A program made the translations under genes and the position numbers. A DNA stretch of 38,237 bases, from the NCBI GenBank assembly GCA_038128265.1, contig JAYPJE010000042.1:1-38237 (forward strand). The letters run 5' to 3'. How positions within the stretch are numbered: the stretch's first letter is position 1; each line of letters opens with the position of its first letter. The stretch comes from Gemmatimonadota bacterium. GTDB taxonomy: Bacteria; Latescibacterota; UBA2968; UBA8231. The notes beneath the pieces are model-generated. The model searched no databases and was not told the origin of the DNA. It worked only from the letters and a program-made list of their open reading frames with translations. This document shows positions 1-9,345 of this stretch, in pieces.

Positions 1-1188
1 GTGTCGGGCTGTCCGCTGTGCTGTCCCTATCGCGGTTCCCTGCTGTCGGGACGCTACCCCCACCGAGCCGTGCCCGGCCATCAAATGCGCCTGCCGCCGG
101 AACTGCTAACCGTCGCCCAGCCCTTTCGCGCGGCCGGCTACCACACGGCCTACTTCGGCAAGTGGCACTTGGATGGGTTTCAAGAGCGCGAGGGACGGGC
201 GGTATTTCACCATATTCCGCGCGAACGCCGCGGTGGTTTCGATACCTGGTTGGGCTACGAGAACAACAACGCACAGTACGATACTTGGCTCCACGGCCAC
301 GTCGGCGACGAGGAGGTGGAATCGCACCGTCTGCCTCGGTACGAAACGGACGCGCTCACGGACATACTGCTCAAGCACATAGAGGAGCGAGCCGCCGATG
401 CGCAGCCCTTCTTTGCTGCGTTGAGCGTGCAGCCGCCGCACAACCCCTACGTGGCGCCGGCCGAGTGGATGGGGCGGCATACGCCAGAGGGGGTGCAGCT
501 GCGGCCCAACGTGCCGGATGTTGCCGACGTGCGGGCGCGTGCCCAGCGCGAACTGGCAGGATATTACGGCATGATCGAAAACCTTGACTGGAACGTCGGA
601 CGCGTGATCGATGCCCTGCGCACGCGCGGTGTATACGACGATACGCACATCGTGTTCTTTTCTGATCACGGCGATATGCACGGCTCGCAGGGTCAGTTTC
701 TCAAAACCTCGCCGTGGGAAGAGGCCGTGCGCGTGCCCTTTATACTGGGCGGCGGTCGGCGCTATGAGATGAAGGCGGGCACGCGCGTCGATGCGCCAAT
801 TAACCACGTTGATATTGGGCCGACTTCGCTGGGGCTATGCGATATCGAGGTGCCCGACTGGATGCCCGGTGCCGATTATTCGCACCATCGCCTGCGCAAG
901 GTGGCCACCGTCGAGGATCCGGACTCGGCCTATTTGCAGCTGGTCGTGCCCACGGGGCACGGCGATAGCATCGACCGGCCCTGGCGCGGTGTAGCTACGC
1001 GCGACAACTGGAAGTACGTGGCTCTGGAAGGGCAGCCGTGGATGCTCTACAACCTAAACGACGACCCCTATGAGCAGGTCAATTTAGCCTTTAATACGCG
1101 TTACCGCAGCGAGCGCCATCGCCTGCATGAGCGACTGGCACAGTGGGTCGACGATACCGGCGACGTATTCGCGCTGCCCGAGCTATAG
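1..1188 (+). CDS. Sulfatase (formylglycine-dependent S1 family), 5'-truncated by window edge
   Basis: CxPxR motif (CCPYRGSLLSGRY), GKWHL, PPHNPY, SDHGD and C-terminal LYNLNDDPYE. The N-terminal metal-binding Asp motif lies outside the window. Confidence 0.92.
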   Translation: MSGCPLCCPYRGSLLSGRYPHRAVPGHQMRLPPELLTVAQPFRAAGYHTAYFGKWHLDGFQEREGRAVFHHIPRERRGGFDTWLGYENNNAQYDTWLHGHVGDEEVESHRLPRYETDALTDILLKHIEERAADAQPFFAALSVQPPHNPYVAPAEWMGRHTPEGVQLRPNVPDVADVRARAQRELAGYYGMIENLDWNVGRVIDALRTRGVYDDTHIVFFSDHGDMHGSQGQFLKTSPWEEAVRVPFILGGGRRYEMKAGTRVDAPINHVDIGPTSLGLCDIEVPDWMPGADYSHHRLRKVATVEDPDSAYLQLVVPTGHGDSIDRPWRGVATRDNWKYVALEGQPWMLYNLNDDPYEQVNLAFNTRYRSERHRLHERLAQWVDDTGDVFALPEL

Positions 1189-1189
1189 A

Positions 1190-2131
1190 ATGGCGTCCGA
1201 CGCCATTGATGCACGCGGAGCTGGAGGAGGGCCGCTGCGCCCATGTGCGCGCTTTGCCGTCAGGCGGCTAGTCGACGCACCAATTATTCACCCAAGTATG
1301 CCCGGCTTAGAGGGCGAACGGGGTGAAAATATAAACGGCCCTTCGCTCGTGCGCGTGCCCGACTGGATCGACGGCGCGCTGGGGCGCTACTACCTGTACT
1401 TTGCGCACCACGGCGGTGCCTATATCCGCATGGCATATGCCGACGTGCTGACTGGGCCGTGGACGGTATATGAGCCCGGCGTGCTGCACATGGACAGGGC
1501 GCCCGGGCGAGCGCACATTGCCAGCCCGGATGTGCACTGCGATAGCGAGCGGCGCCAGTTGCGCATGTATTTTCACCAACCCGCGCCGGCGTCGCTTGCC
1601 CATCTCAACCAGGTTTCGTTTGTAGCCCATTCGGCGGACGGGCTACATTTTAACGTCGAGCCGTCCATACTCGGCGCGTTCTACTTTCGCGTCTTTCAAT
1701 ACGGCGGCTGGCACTACGCTTTCGCCAAGGGCATTTCCTACCGTTCGTCAGACGGTCTGAGTCCGTTCGAAAAGGGCCCCACGCACCTGCCGCGCTGTCG
1801 CCACACGGCGCTATGGCAGGAGGGTCATGTATTACACCTGATCTTTTCTCGTAGTGAAGACGCGCCTGAGAGCCTGCTCTACACATGGGCCGACTTGCGC
1901 GCCGACTGGCGAGAGTGGACTTTTGCCGAGCCGGAATTGCTGCTGGCTCCGCAGCGAGATTGGGAGGGGGCCCACCTGCCGGTCGAGCCCTCGCGCATGG
2001 GCCGGGCGAAGGGCGCGGTCAACCAGCTGCGCGACCCGGCCATATACATTGAGGGAGAACGGCTCTACCTGCTCTACTCGGTAGCGGGCGAGCGAGGCAT
2101 TGCCATTGCAGAACTGGAGAGGATACCATGA
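1190..2131 (+). CDS. Putative beta-propeller glycoside hydrolase-like protein (GH43/GH32-like fold)
   Basis: Blade-like motifs YYLYFAHH...GPW, HIASPDVH, QLRDPAIY and LYLLYS. ATG at 1190 follows the sulfatase stop; ATGA overlap with the next gene. Confidence 0.6.
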   Translation: MASDAIDARGAGGGPLRPCARFAVRRLVDAPIIHPSMPGLEGERGENINGPSLVRVPDWIDGALGRYYLYFAHHGGAYIRMAYADVLTGPWTVYEPGVLHMDRAPGRAHIASPDVHCDSERRQLRMYFHQPAPASLAHLNQVSFVAHSADGLHFNVEPSILGAFYFRVFQYGGWHYAFAKGISYRSSDGLSPFEKGPTHLPRCRHTALWQEGHVLHLIFSRSEDAPESLLYTWADLRADWREWTFAEPELLLAPQRDWEGAHLPVEPSRMGRAKGAVNQLRDPAIYIEGERLYLLYSVAGERGIAIAELERIP

Positions 2132-2928
2132 GAAATGAGTTGAGTGACGAACAAATAGCCCACTATCAGCGCGACGGCGTGCTGGTTGTAGAAGGTTTTC
2201 TCGATGCCGATGAGTTGGCGATGTGGCGCGACCGCGTCGACGAGGCGGTCGCCAACCGCCAAGATCGCAAGCTGGCCAACAGCGACTGGAAGAGCGGCGA
2301 CTCCTACTACGATCGCGTATTCACCCAGCGACTCAACCTGTGGATGGATCACGATGGGATGCGCGAACTGATGCTCGACGAGCGACTGGGCAAAATGGCC
2401 GCCGAGCTAGCCGGCGTCGAGGGCATCCGCATCTGGCACGATCAGGCGCTTATTAAGGAGGCGTGGGCCAACCCCACAGCTTGGCATCTCGACAATCCCT
2501 ACTGGTCGTTTTCCTCGCGCAACGCCATCTCGATTTGGGTGGCGCTCGACGATGCGACGCTGAACAACGGTTGCCTCTACTTTATGCCGGGCACGCACCG
2601 GGAAGCGACGTTTGACAGCGCGGGTATTACCGAGCAAATGGCGGACCTATTTCGCGTTTATCCGCAGTGGCAGGAGCGTTCGGCGCTGCCTGCCCCCATG
2701 AAGGCAGGAGACTGCTCTTTTCACAACGGGCTGTTGGCCCACGGAGCCGGCGCCAATATGACGCCGGGTCGTCGCCGCGCCATGACCTGTGCCTACATGC
2801 CCGATGGCGAGGTGTTCAACGGGCAGAAAAACGTGCTGCCCGATGCGTATATAGAGACGCTGAGCGAGGGCGATGTGCTCGACAACGATGAGCTCAACCC
2901 GCTGATTTACGGCCGTAGCTCAGGCTAG
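2128..2928 (+). CDS. Phytanoyl-CoA dioxygenase family (PhyH) Fe(II)/2OG oxygenase
   Basis: WHLD (HxD), WVALDDATLNNGCLYFMPGTH, distal His in LAHGAGAN, 2OG-binding Arg region RRRA; upstream GGAGAGG RBS. Confidence 0.93.
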   Translation: MRNELSDEQIAHYQRDGVLVVEGFLDADELAMWRDRVDEAVANRQDRKLANSDWKSGDSYYDRVFTQRLNLWMDHDGMRELMLDERLGKMAAELAGVEGIRIWHDQALIKEAWANPTAWHLDNPYWSFSSRNAISIWVALDDATLNNGCLYFMPGTHREATFDSAGITEQMADLFRVYPQWQERSALPAPMKAGDCSFHNGLLAHGAGANMTPGRRRAMTCAYMPDGEVFNGQKNVLPDAYIETLSEGDVLDNDELNPLIYGRSSG

Positions 2929-2938
2929 CAGAGGCCGC

Positions 2939-4369
2939 ATGCGCAAGCCGAATGTGCTGGTCTTTGTCGCCGACGATATGGGCTATGGCGATTTTGGACT
3001 GTTTAACGACGGGCCGGCACGCACGCCGCATTTGGACGCGCTGGCGGCAGAGGGGCTGTGCCTAGGGCAGCACTATGCCGGCGCGCCGGTGTGCTCGCCG
3101 TCGCGCGCAGCCCTGCTGACGGGGCGCTACCCGCATCGAACGGGCGCGCTGAACCCGATGGAGGTGCGCGGTATGGATCGCATCGCCCTCGACGAAGTAA
3201 CGCTGGGCGACTGTTTTGGAGCAGCTGGCTACGCGACCGGGCTGATTGGCAAATGGCACAACGGGGCGCTCGACGATCGCTACCATCCCAACGCGCGCGG
3301 CTTCGATACATTCTGCGGCTTTCGCGGCGGCTGGATGGACTATTTTGACTGGCGCATCGAGCGCAATGGGGTGCGTTGGGAGAGCGATGGGCGCTATCTG
3401 ACGGACGTATTCACCGACGAGGCCGTCGCGTTTTTGCAGCGCCATCGGCGCGAGAACTTTCTGCTTTGCGTCACCTACAACGCACCGCACTCGCCGCTGC
3501 AGGCACCCGACGACGTAGCGCGCTCCTATCTGGAGGCGGGTCTCAGTCCGGGCGTGGGTATTACCTATGCGATGAACGAGGTCATGGATGCCGGCGTTGG
3601 GCGCATCCTAGAAACGCTCGACGCGCTGGGCCTGCGCGACGATACCATCGTGCTTTTTACCAGCGATAACGGTCCGGCCTTCGGTCTGCGGCCCGACCAG
3701 GTGCCGCCCGGATACGATACGAACTGTCGGCGTTACAACTGCGGCCTGAATGGACAGAAGGGTTCGGTCTACGAAGGGGGGATTCGCGTGCCGATGATCG
3801 CGCGGTGGCCGGCTGGCTGGCCGGAAGGACAGAACGTCGACGAGCAGGTGCACTTTGTCGACTGGCTGCCGACGCTGCTGGCAGCGGCCGGCATTGAGCG
3901 ATCGGAGGGCCGCCCTCTAGACGGACGCAGTGCGCTGGCTGCGCTGCGTGGAGAAGCGGCCGAAGAGCCGCCGCCGCGCTTTTGGCAGCTCAATCCCTAT
4001 CAGCCCGTCGGCTGGATCAACGCGGCCATGCGCGACGGTGCATGGAAACTCGTGCGGCCACAGCAGCGCCTGCTGCCGGCGACCGAGGAGGACCAGCGTC
4101 GCATGGATCGCTATGTGGAGATGGACATCCAGTATAAGTATCATCCGGACAAAGTGACCGCATTGATGGATGATCCCGATCCCGAAGTAATCGTGCCGCC
4201 GCCGGTGCCGGCCGAACTGTATAACCTGGAAGACGATCCGTTGGAAAAGGTGAATCTGGCCGAGCGCGAAACGGCGCGCACCGCGCGCATGCTGACAGAG
4301 CTCGAAAACTGGTTTGAAGGAGTGGAAGCGGAGCGGCGGCGCATTGCGCCCGACGGTTCGATACGCTAA
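2939..4369 (+). CDS. Arylsulfatase-like sulfatase (S1 family)
   Basis: KPNVLVFVADDMGYGD, CSPSRAALLTGRY, GKWH, NAPHSP, SDNG, KGSVYEGGIRVP; no signal peptide. Confidence 0.95.
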   Translation: MRKPNVLVFVADDMGYGDFGLFNDGPARTPHLDALAAEGLCLGQHYAGAPVCSPSRAALLTGRYPHRTGALNPMEVRGMDRIALDEVTLGDCFGAAGYATGLIGKWHNGALDDRYHPNARGFDTFCGFRGGWMDYFDWRIERNGVRWESDGRYLTDVFTDEAVAFLQRHRRENFLLCVTYNAPHSPLQAPDDVARSYLEAGLSPGVGITYAMNEVMDAGVGRILETLDALGLRDDTIVLFTSDNGPAFGLRPDQVPPGYDTNCRRYNCGLNGQKGSVYEGGIRVPMIARWPAGWPEGQNVDEQVHFVDWLPTLLAAAGIERSEGRPLDGRSALAALRGEAAEEPPPRFWQLNPYQPVGWINAAMRDGAWKLVRPQQRLLPATEEDQRRMDRYVEMDIQYKYHPDKVTALMDDPDPEVIVPPPVPAELYNLEDDPLEKVNLAERETARTARMLTELENWFEGVEAERRRIAPDGSIR

Positions 4370-4383
4370 AACGGAGGGGAAAT

Positions 4384-5412
4384 ATGGCGACAAAGCGCTG
4401 TCTGATGGTGGGCGGAAGCGGCATGGCTGGCCATTGGCTCGATATCTGGCGCGGCGCGCTGGGTCAGCGCGTGGAGATCGTCGGATTGGTCGATGTAAAC
4501 GGAGAGGTATTGGCGACGCAGGGAGCGGCTTTAGGCCTGGGAGCCGAAGCGCTCTTTACCGATCTGGATGCAGCCCTGGCTGGCATCGAGGCCGACTTCT
4601 GCGCAATTTGCACGCCACCGCAGTTCCACAGCGTTCAGGCGGTTGCGGCGATGCGTGCGGGGCTGCCCGTGCTGTGTGAAAAACCGATCGCCCACACGCT
4701 GGCGGCGGCCCTGGAAATGCTGCGCGTTTCGAATGAGACAGGCCTGCCCTGCGGCATTATTCAAAACTACCGCTACGCGCCCAACAAACAGGAATTGGTG
4801 CGCATCCGCTCTGCGGGTGAGCTAGGCCGCCTACAGCACGTAGTCGGGCGCTACGCCTGCGACTATCGCCAATACGGTTCGTGGGGCAAGACGTGGCGCC
4901 ACGATATGGATTTTGGTTTGTTGTTTGAAGGTTCGGTACACCACTTTGATATGCTGCGTTTTCTATCGGGTGGGAACTGCGAAGTGCTGCAGGGCTTTGG
5001 CTGGAATCCCGACTGGTCGAGCTTTGCACACTTTTCCAGCGGGTTCTACGTCATGAGGATGGACAACGGCGTGCACGCGGCCTACGAGGGCAACTCATCG
5101 GCGGCCGGCATAACCAACTGCTGGCACCGCGAATACTACCGCGCCGAATTTGAAGGGGGTACCGTCGAAATCGGCGAGGGCAACGAGATGCGGGTGCACG
5201 CGGTCGGCGAGGCAATGCGCGCCTATGAGGCGCCGGCCATGGAAATCGTTGGGCACGAGTATTTGCTCACGGAGTTTGTCGATTGGCTTGAAGGGGGAGC
5301 GCCGATGGCCACGCGCATACAGGACAATATTCAGAGCTTCTGCATGGTCATCGCGGCGATGCAGGTAACGGAAGACGGCCATCCCAAGCGGATTGCCGAC
5401 TATATGGAGTAG
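4384..5412 (+). CDS. Gfo/Idh/MocA family NAD(P)-dependent oxidoreductase
   Basis: N-terminal Rossmann GGSGMA, ICTPPQFH, VLCEKP, SVHHFD; GGAGGG RBS. Confidence 0.92.
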   Translation: MATKRCLMVGGSGMAGHWLDIWRGALGQRVEIVGLVDVNGEVLATQGAALGLGAEALFTDLDAALAGIEADFCAICTPPQFHSVQAVAAMRAGLPVLCEKPIAHTLAAALEMLRVSNETGLPCGIIQNYRYAPNKQELVRIRSAGELGRLQHVVGRYACDYRQYGSWGKTWRHDMDFGLLFEGSVHHFDMLRFLSGGNCEVLQGFGWNPDWSSFAHFSSGFYVMRMDNGVHAAYEGNSSAAGITNCWHREYYRAEFEGGTVEIGEGNEMRVHAVGEAMRAYEAPAMEIVGHEYLLTEFVDWLEGGAPMATRIQDNIQSFCMVIAAMQVTEDGHPKRIADYME

Positions 5413-5416
5413 AGCG

Positions 5417-6325
5417 ATGAGCGAGGCGATGCAGGGCATTTTTCCGGTGATGCAGACGGCGCTGACGGCCAGCGGTGCGCTGGATATAGAGGGAATGCAA
5501 AAACAGGTGGAATTCTGCGTCGAAGGCGGTGCGCACGGTCTGGTCTTCCCGGTATTGGGCAGCGAGTTTCAGTATTTGAGCGAGGGCGAGCGCGAGCAGT
5601 TGATCGGCGTAGTGGTCGAAGCGACGGCTGGCCGACTGCCAGTCGTGGCCGGCGTGGCCGGTCCGAGCAAGGAAGTGGCCGTCGCCTGTGCGCAGGGCGC
5701 CGTGCGGGCCGGAGCCGATGCGGTAATTGCGCTGCCACCCTATCTATCGGGCGGCACGCCCGACGAAGTGCGCGCCTACTACGAGGCCATTGCTGCCGCG
5801 GCGCAGCGCCCGGTCTTTCTGCAGCATACCTCGGGCGGTTTGACCGCCTCCTTTATGCGCGACCTCTTTGCCGAAGTAGAGCACATTTCCTATCTCAAAG
5901 AGGAGCAGATGCCGAGCGCACACCAGATTAGTGCTGTGGTTAAGGAGGTGCAGGAGGGCTGCCTAGGCGTTTTTGGCGGCGGCCACGGCCGCTGGATGCT
6001 GTCCGAACTGCGGCGCGGGGCCACGGGCTTTATGCCGGCCGTCGAAGCGGTCGATATACACGTGCAAATATGGGACGCTTTCCAGAGCGGAGACGAAGCG
6101 CGCGCCCGGGAGATCTTTAACGCATTGCTGCCGCAGATCAATCTGCTGCTGCTGTTGGGACTGCGCGTGTGCAAGGAAATTCTCGTGCGCCGCGGCGTGC
6201 TCAGCAGTGCCGAAATGCGCACGCCGGGATCGGTCAAGATGGATGCAGAAGACGAGTACGAGCTGGAACAGGTCATGGCCCATCTGGATTCGTATTACAA
6301 AGTGAAGTGGACCGGTGCGCGCTAG
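5417..6325 (+). CDS. DapA/NAL-family class I aldolase or dehydratase (AraD-like 2-keto-3-deoxy sugar-acid subfamily)
   Basis: GIFPVMQT, GLVFPVLGSEF, PVVAGV, GADAVIALPP, Schiff-base Lys in YLKEE, Gln in VFLQH, GATGFMP. Start reassigned to ATG 5417. Confidence 0.85.
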   Translation: MSEAMQGIFPVMQTALTASGALDIEGMQKQVEFCVEGGAHGLVFPVLGSEFQYLSEGEREQLIGVVVEATAGRLPVVAGVAGPSKEVAVACAQGAVRAGADAVIALPPYLSGGTPDEVRAYYEAIAAAAQRPVFLQHTSGGLTASFMRDLFAEVEHISYLKEEQMPSAHQISAVVKEVQEGCLGVFGGGHGRWMLSELRRGATGFMPAVEAVDIHVQIWDAFQSGDEARAREIFNALLPQINLLLLLGLRVCKEILVRRGVLSSAEMRTPGSVKMDAEDEYELEQVMAHLDSYYKVKWTGAR

Positions 6326-6352
6326 GCGCGCTGTCGCACGGGAGAGCATGCG

Positions 6353-7195
6353 GTGATTATTGACACGCACGTGCACATCTACAACCCGTTTCGTCCGCAA
6401 GGTGCGCCGTGGCCCGATCCCGAGAACGCACTGCTCTATCGGCCGACGCTGCCGGTTCACCTAAGGTCGCAGGCCGTACCTGAGGGCGTAGTCGGTGCGC
6501 TCGTCGTCGAGGCCAGCGCCTGGATCAGCGACAATCAGTGGATACTAGACCTGGCCGTTGATGAGCCGTTTATACTGGGACTGGTGGGCCGTCTCGAGCC
6601 GGACGACGATGCATTTGAGCGCGATCTGGCTCGCTTTGCCGCTCAGCCGCTCTTTCGCGGCGTGCGCTTTTGGGGCGATTACTTCGCCGATCTGGAGGCC
6701 CATGGTTTTGTCGATAAGATGCGTCAGCTGGCGGCGTTGGGATTGGTCCTCGATGTAAACTTTCCGCGTGCGGCTGCCGATGGTTTTTTTGCCCTTATTG
6801 AGCAAGTACCCGAACTGAAGGTGGTTGTCGAGCACGTCGGTCAGGTGCCGGTTGACGGACGGGAACCGCCCCAGCAGTGGATGGATTGGATGCGCCGAGT
6901 CGCCGAGCATCCGCAGACGTCGATGAAGGTTTCGGCATTAATGGAGCACTGCGCAGAGCAGCCGGCGCCGGCCCAGCTGGACTACTACCGCCCGGCGCTC
7001 GATGCGATGTGGGACCTATTTGGCTCGGAGCGGCTGCTGTACGGGAGCAACTGGCCGGTATGTGAACGCGCCGGAACCTATGCGCGCTGCATAGCGCTGG
7101 TGCGCCAGTACTGCCAGGAGCGCGGCGCCGAGTTTAGCCAACGGTTTTTCTGTGCCAATGCGCAGGCGATGTACGGCGTGTGTTTACGCGCATAG
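6353..7195 (+). CDS. Amidohydrolase_2 family protein (sugar lactonase-like)
   Basis: IIDTHVH, FRGVR, VVEHVG, MKVSA, RLLYGSNWPV; GTG start after GGGAGAG. Confidence 0.88.
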   Translation: MIIDTHVHIYNPFRPQGAPWPDPENALLYRPTLPVHLRSQAVPEGVVGALVVEASAWISDNQWILDLAVDEPFILGLVGRLEPDDDAFERDLARFAAQPLFRGVRFWGDYFADLEAHGFVDKMRQLAALGLVLDVNFPRAAADGFFALIEQVPELKVVVEHVGQVPVDGREPPQQWMDWMRRVAEHPQTSMKVSALMEHCAEQPAPAQLDYYRPALDAMWDLFGSERLLYGSNWPVCERAGTYARCIALVRQYCQERGAEFSQRFFCANAQAMYGVCLRA

Positions 7196-7246
7196 CCGCA
7201 GGGCATGTTTGCCTAGCGCCGCTGAAACGATGCGGGGATTCTGCGT

Positions 7247-8017
7247 ATGACGTCTTGTGATCATCCTGCTCGCGCTGCCCGCTTGGCGATGCGTCGCGGC
7301 GAGTGGACCGGACCTACCAAGCACTCTGTGCCGGGCTATGTGAAGTGCAACCTCGTCGTGCTGCCGCGGGAAGATGCCTACGACTTTCTCGTCTACTGTC
7401 AGCGCAATCCCAAGCCCTGCCCGCTGCTGGAGGTCACCGATCCCGGCGACCCCGAACCCAAGCGCGCTGCTCCGGGGGCTGATTTGCGCACCGATCTTTC
7501 GCGCTATGTCGTATACCGAAATGGCCAGCTCGAGAGAGCGTGCACGGATATTACCGATCTGTGGAGCCAAGACCGCGTTGCCTTCCTGATCGGTTCCGGT
7601 ATGAGTTTTGACGATGCGCTAGAACGCGCCGGCGTGCCCAAAGAACAGACGTGGCTATACGAGACGAATATCGAGACGGAGCGCGCGGGCCGCTTTGCCG
7701 GACCCATGGTCGTCACCATGCGCCTGATGACGCCGGCGCACGCCGTTACGGCCTGTCAGCTCACGGGTCGCTTTGTATACCATCACGGTGCGCCGCTGCA
7801 CATCGGCGATCCCAACGCCATTGGAATCGACCTGGCAAAGCCCATTGTGGGTCCTCCATTAGAGCGGATACCCGACGGCCAGATGGCCCTATTTTGGGGC
7901 TGTGGCGTTACGCCGCAGTGGGCGGCGCTGCGCTCGCACATTGGACTGCTGATTGCCCACGCGCCGGCGCACGCCTTTGTCACCGATTGGTTGTCCGATC
8001 AATTCTGTCTTCCATAA
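7247..8017 (+). CDS. DUF1445 / D-glutamate cyclase-like putative hydro-lyase (YcsI-like)
   Basis: CQRNPKPCPLL, DLRTDLSRY, GPMVVTMR, HGAPLHIGDP, FWGCGVTPQ. Confidence 0.88.
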   Translation: MTSCDHPARAARLAMRRGEWTGPTKHSVPGYVKCNLVVLPREDAYDFLVYCQRNPKPCPLLEVTDPGDPEPKRAAPGADLRTDLSRYVVYRNGQLERACTDITDLWSQDRVAFLIGSGMSFDDALERAGVPKEQTWLYETNIETERAGRFAGPMVVTMRLMTPAHAVTACQLTGRFVYHHGAPLHIGDPNAIGIDLAKPIVGPPLERIPDGQMALFWGCGVTPQWAALRSHIGLLIAHAPAHAFVTDWLSDQFCLP

Positions 8018-8029
8018 AGGAGTCGAACG

Positions 8030-8923
8030 ATGATACCTATTGTCGATACGCATCAGCATTTGTGGGATTTGAGTCAGTTTTCGCTGCCGTGGCTGGCCGA
8101 CGTAGAGGCGCTTAACAACAATTATCGCATGGACGACTACCTGCGCGAAACCTCGAAGAGCGGTGTGGCCAAGACGGTATATATGGAGGTCGACGTGGCA
8201 CCCGAACAGCGCTTAGCCGAGGTTGACTTTGTTTGCCAACTGTGCGCGCGCGACGACAATCCGATGGCTGGGGCGGTTATCTCGGGCAGTCCGGGCGATG
8301 CGGGCTTTGCCGGCTATATGGCGCGCTATGCCGATACCGCCTATGTCAAAGGCGTACGCCAGGTGCTGCACGTCCCCGATGCGGCGCGCGGAGCCTGCAC
8401 GGAGCCGCGCTTTGTCGAGGGGATACAGCTGCTCGGATCCATGGGTAAGTGCTTTGACTTGTGCATGCGCCCGTCGGAGCTGGCCGATGCCCTCGCGCTG
8501 GTTGAGCAGTGTCCGGACACGCTCTTTATCGTCGATCACTGTGGCAACGCCGATCCGCAGATTGTCAGCGGGGATGTGCAGCCCGACCCCGGCAATCCCT
8601 TTGCCCACGAGCGCCAGCAGTGGCTCGACGATATGCAGGCGCTTGGCGCGCGCGAAAACGTCGTATGCAAGCTCTCCGGCATTGTCGCACGCGCCCCGCA
8701 GGGCTGGAGTGCGGAAACGCTGGCGCCGACCGTCGAGCACTGCATTGCCTCTTTTGGCACCGCGCGCGTAGTCTTTGGGGGCGACTGGCCGGTGTGCACG
8801 CTGTGCGCGCCGCTGGGCGAGTGGATTGCGGCGCTGCGCCAGATTGTCTCTGGTTACTCCGAGGAAGATCAGCGCCTGATTTTGCACGACAACGCCGTTC
8901 GCCTATATGGGCTGGACCAATAG
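8030..8923 (+). CDS. Amidohydrolase_2 family protein (L-fuconolactonase-like)
   Basis: IVDTHQHLWD, VKGVRQVLH, IVDHCGN, CKLSG, VFGGDWPV; AAGGAG RBS. Confidence 0.9.
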   Translation: MIPIVDTHQHLWDLSQFSLPWLADVEALNNNYRMDDYLRETSKSGVAKTVYMEVDVAPEQRLAEVDFVCQLCARDDNPMAGAVISGSPGDAGFAGYMARYADTAYVKGVRQVLHVPDAARGACTEPRFVEGIQLLGSMGKCFDLCMRPSELADALALVEQCPDTLFIVDHCGNADPQIVSGDVQPDPGNPFAHERQQWLDDMQALGARENVVCKLSGIVARAPQGWSAETLAPTVEHCIASFGTARVVFGGDWPVCTLCAPLGEWIAALRQIVSGYSEEDQRLILHDNAVRLYGLDQ

Positions 8924-9056
8924 GGTAGCTCCCGGCAATCTGATATGCAGAGGTGGTGAAAAATCCCAAAGCGCCTACTTTAACGGGGGAGTGCTGGGGC
9001 GAGCGACGCCGTGGCGTAGAGAAAAACGCAGCAGACAGACGATAGAGGATGATGCA

Positions 9057-9335
9057 ATGGCCAGTGCAAGTGCACGACACATTCTAGTAGACAGCGAAGC
9101 GAAGTGCTTGGAGTTAAAGGCGGAGATCGAAGGCGGAGCCGATTTTGCCGACGTAGCCCGTCAGCATTCGTCCTGCCCATCGGGACGGCAGGGGGGCGAG
9201 TTGGGGACGTTTGGTCCGGGGCAAATGGTCAAGGAGTTTGACGAGGTAGTTTTTAGCGGCGAGCTCAATACCGTGCTCGGTCCGGTAAAAACGCAGTTTG
9301 GCTACCACCTGTTGGAGGTAACCGAGCGCAGTTGA
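9057..9335 (+). CDS. ppiC: Parvulin-type peptidyl-prolyl cis-trans isomerase (92 aa)
   Basis: ASARHILV, FADVARQHSSCPSGRQGGELGTF, GQMVKEFD, GPVKTQFGYHLLEV; GAGGA RBS before ATG 9057. Confidence 0.95.
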   Translation: MASASARHILVDSEAKCLELKAEIEGGADFADVARQHSSCPSGRQGGELGTFGPGQMVKEFDEVVFSGELNTVLGPVKTQFGYHLLEVTERS

Positions 9336-9345
9336 GGCAGAGAAT

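Noticed and set aside
8924..9056. Riboswitch or ncRNA upstream of ppiC
   Set aside because: No recognisable aptamer consensus or convincing stem set by eye; an Rfam scan would be needed.
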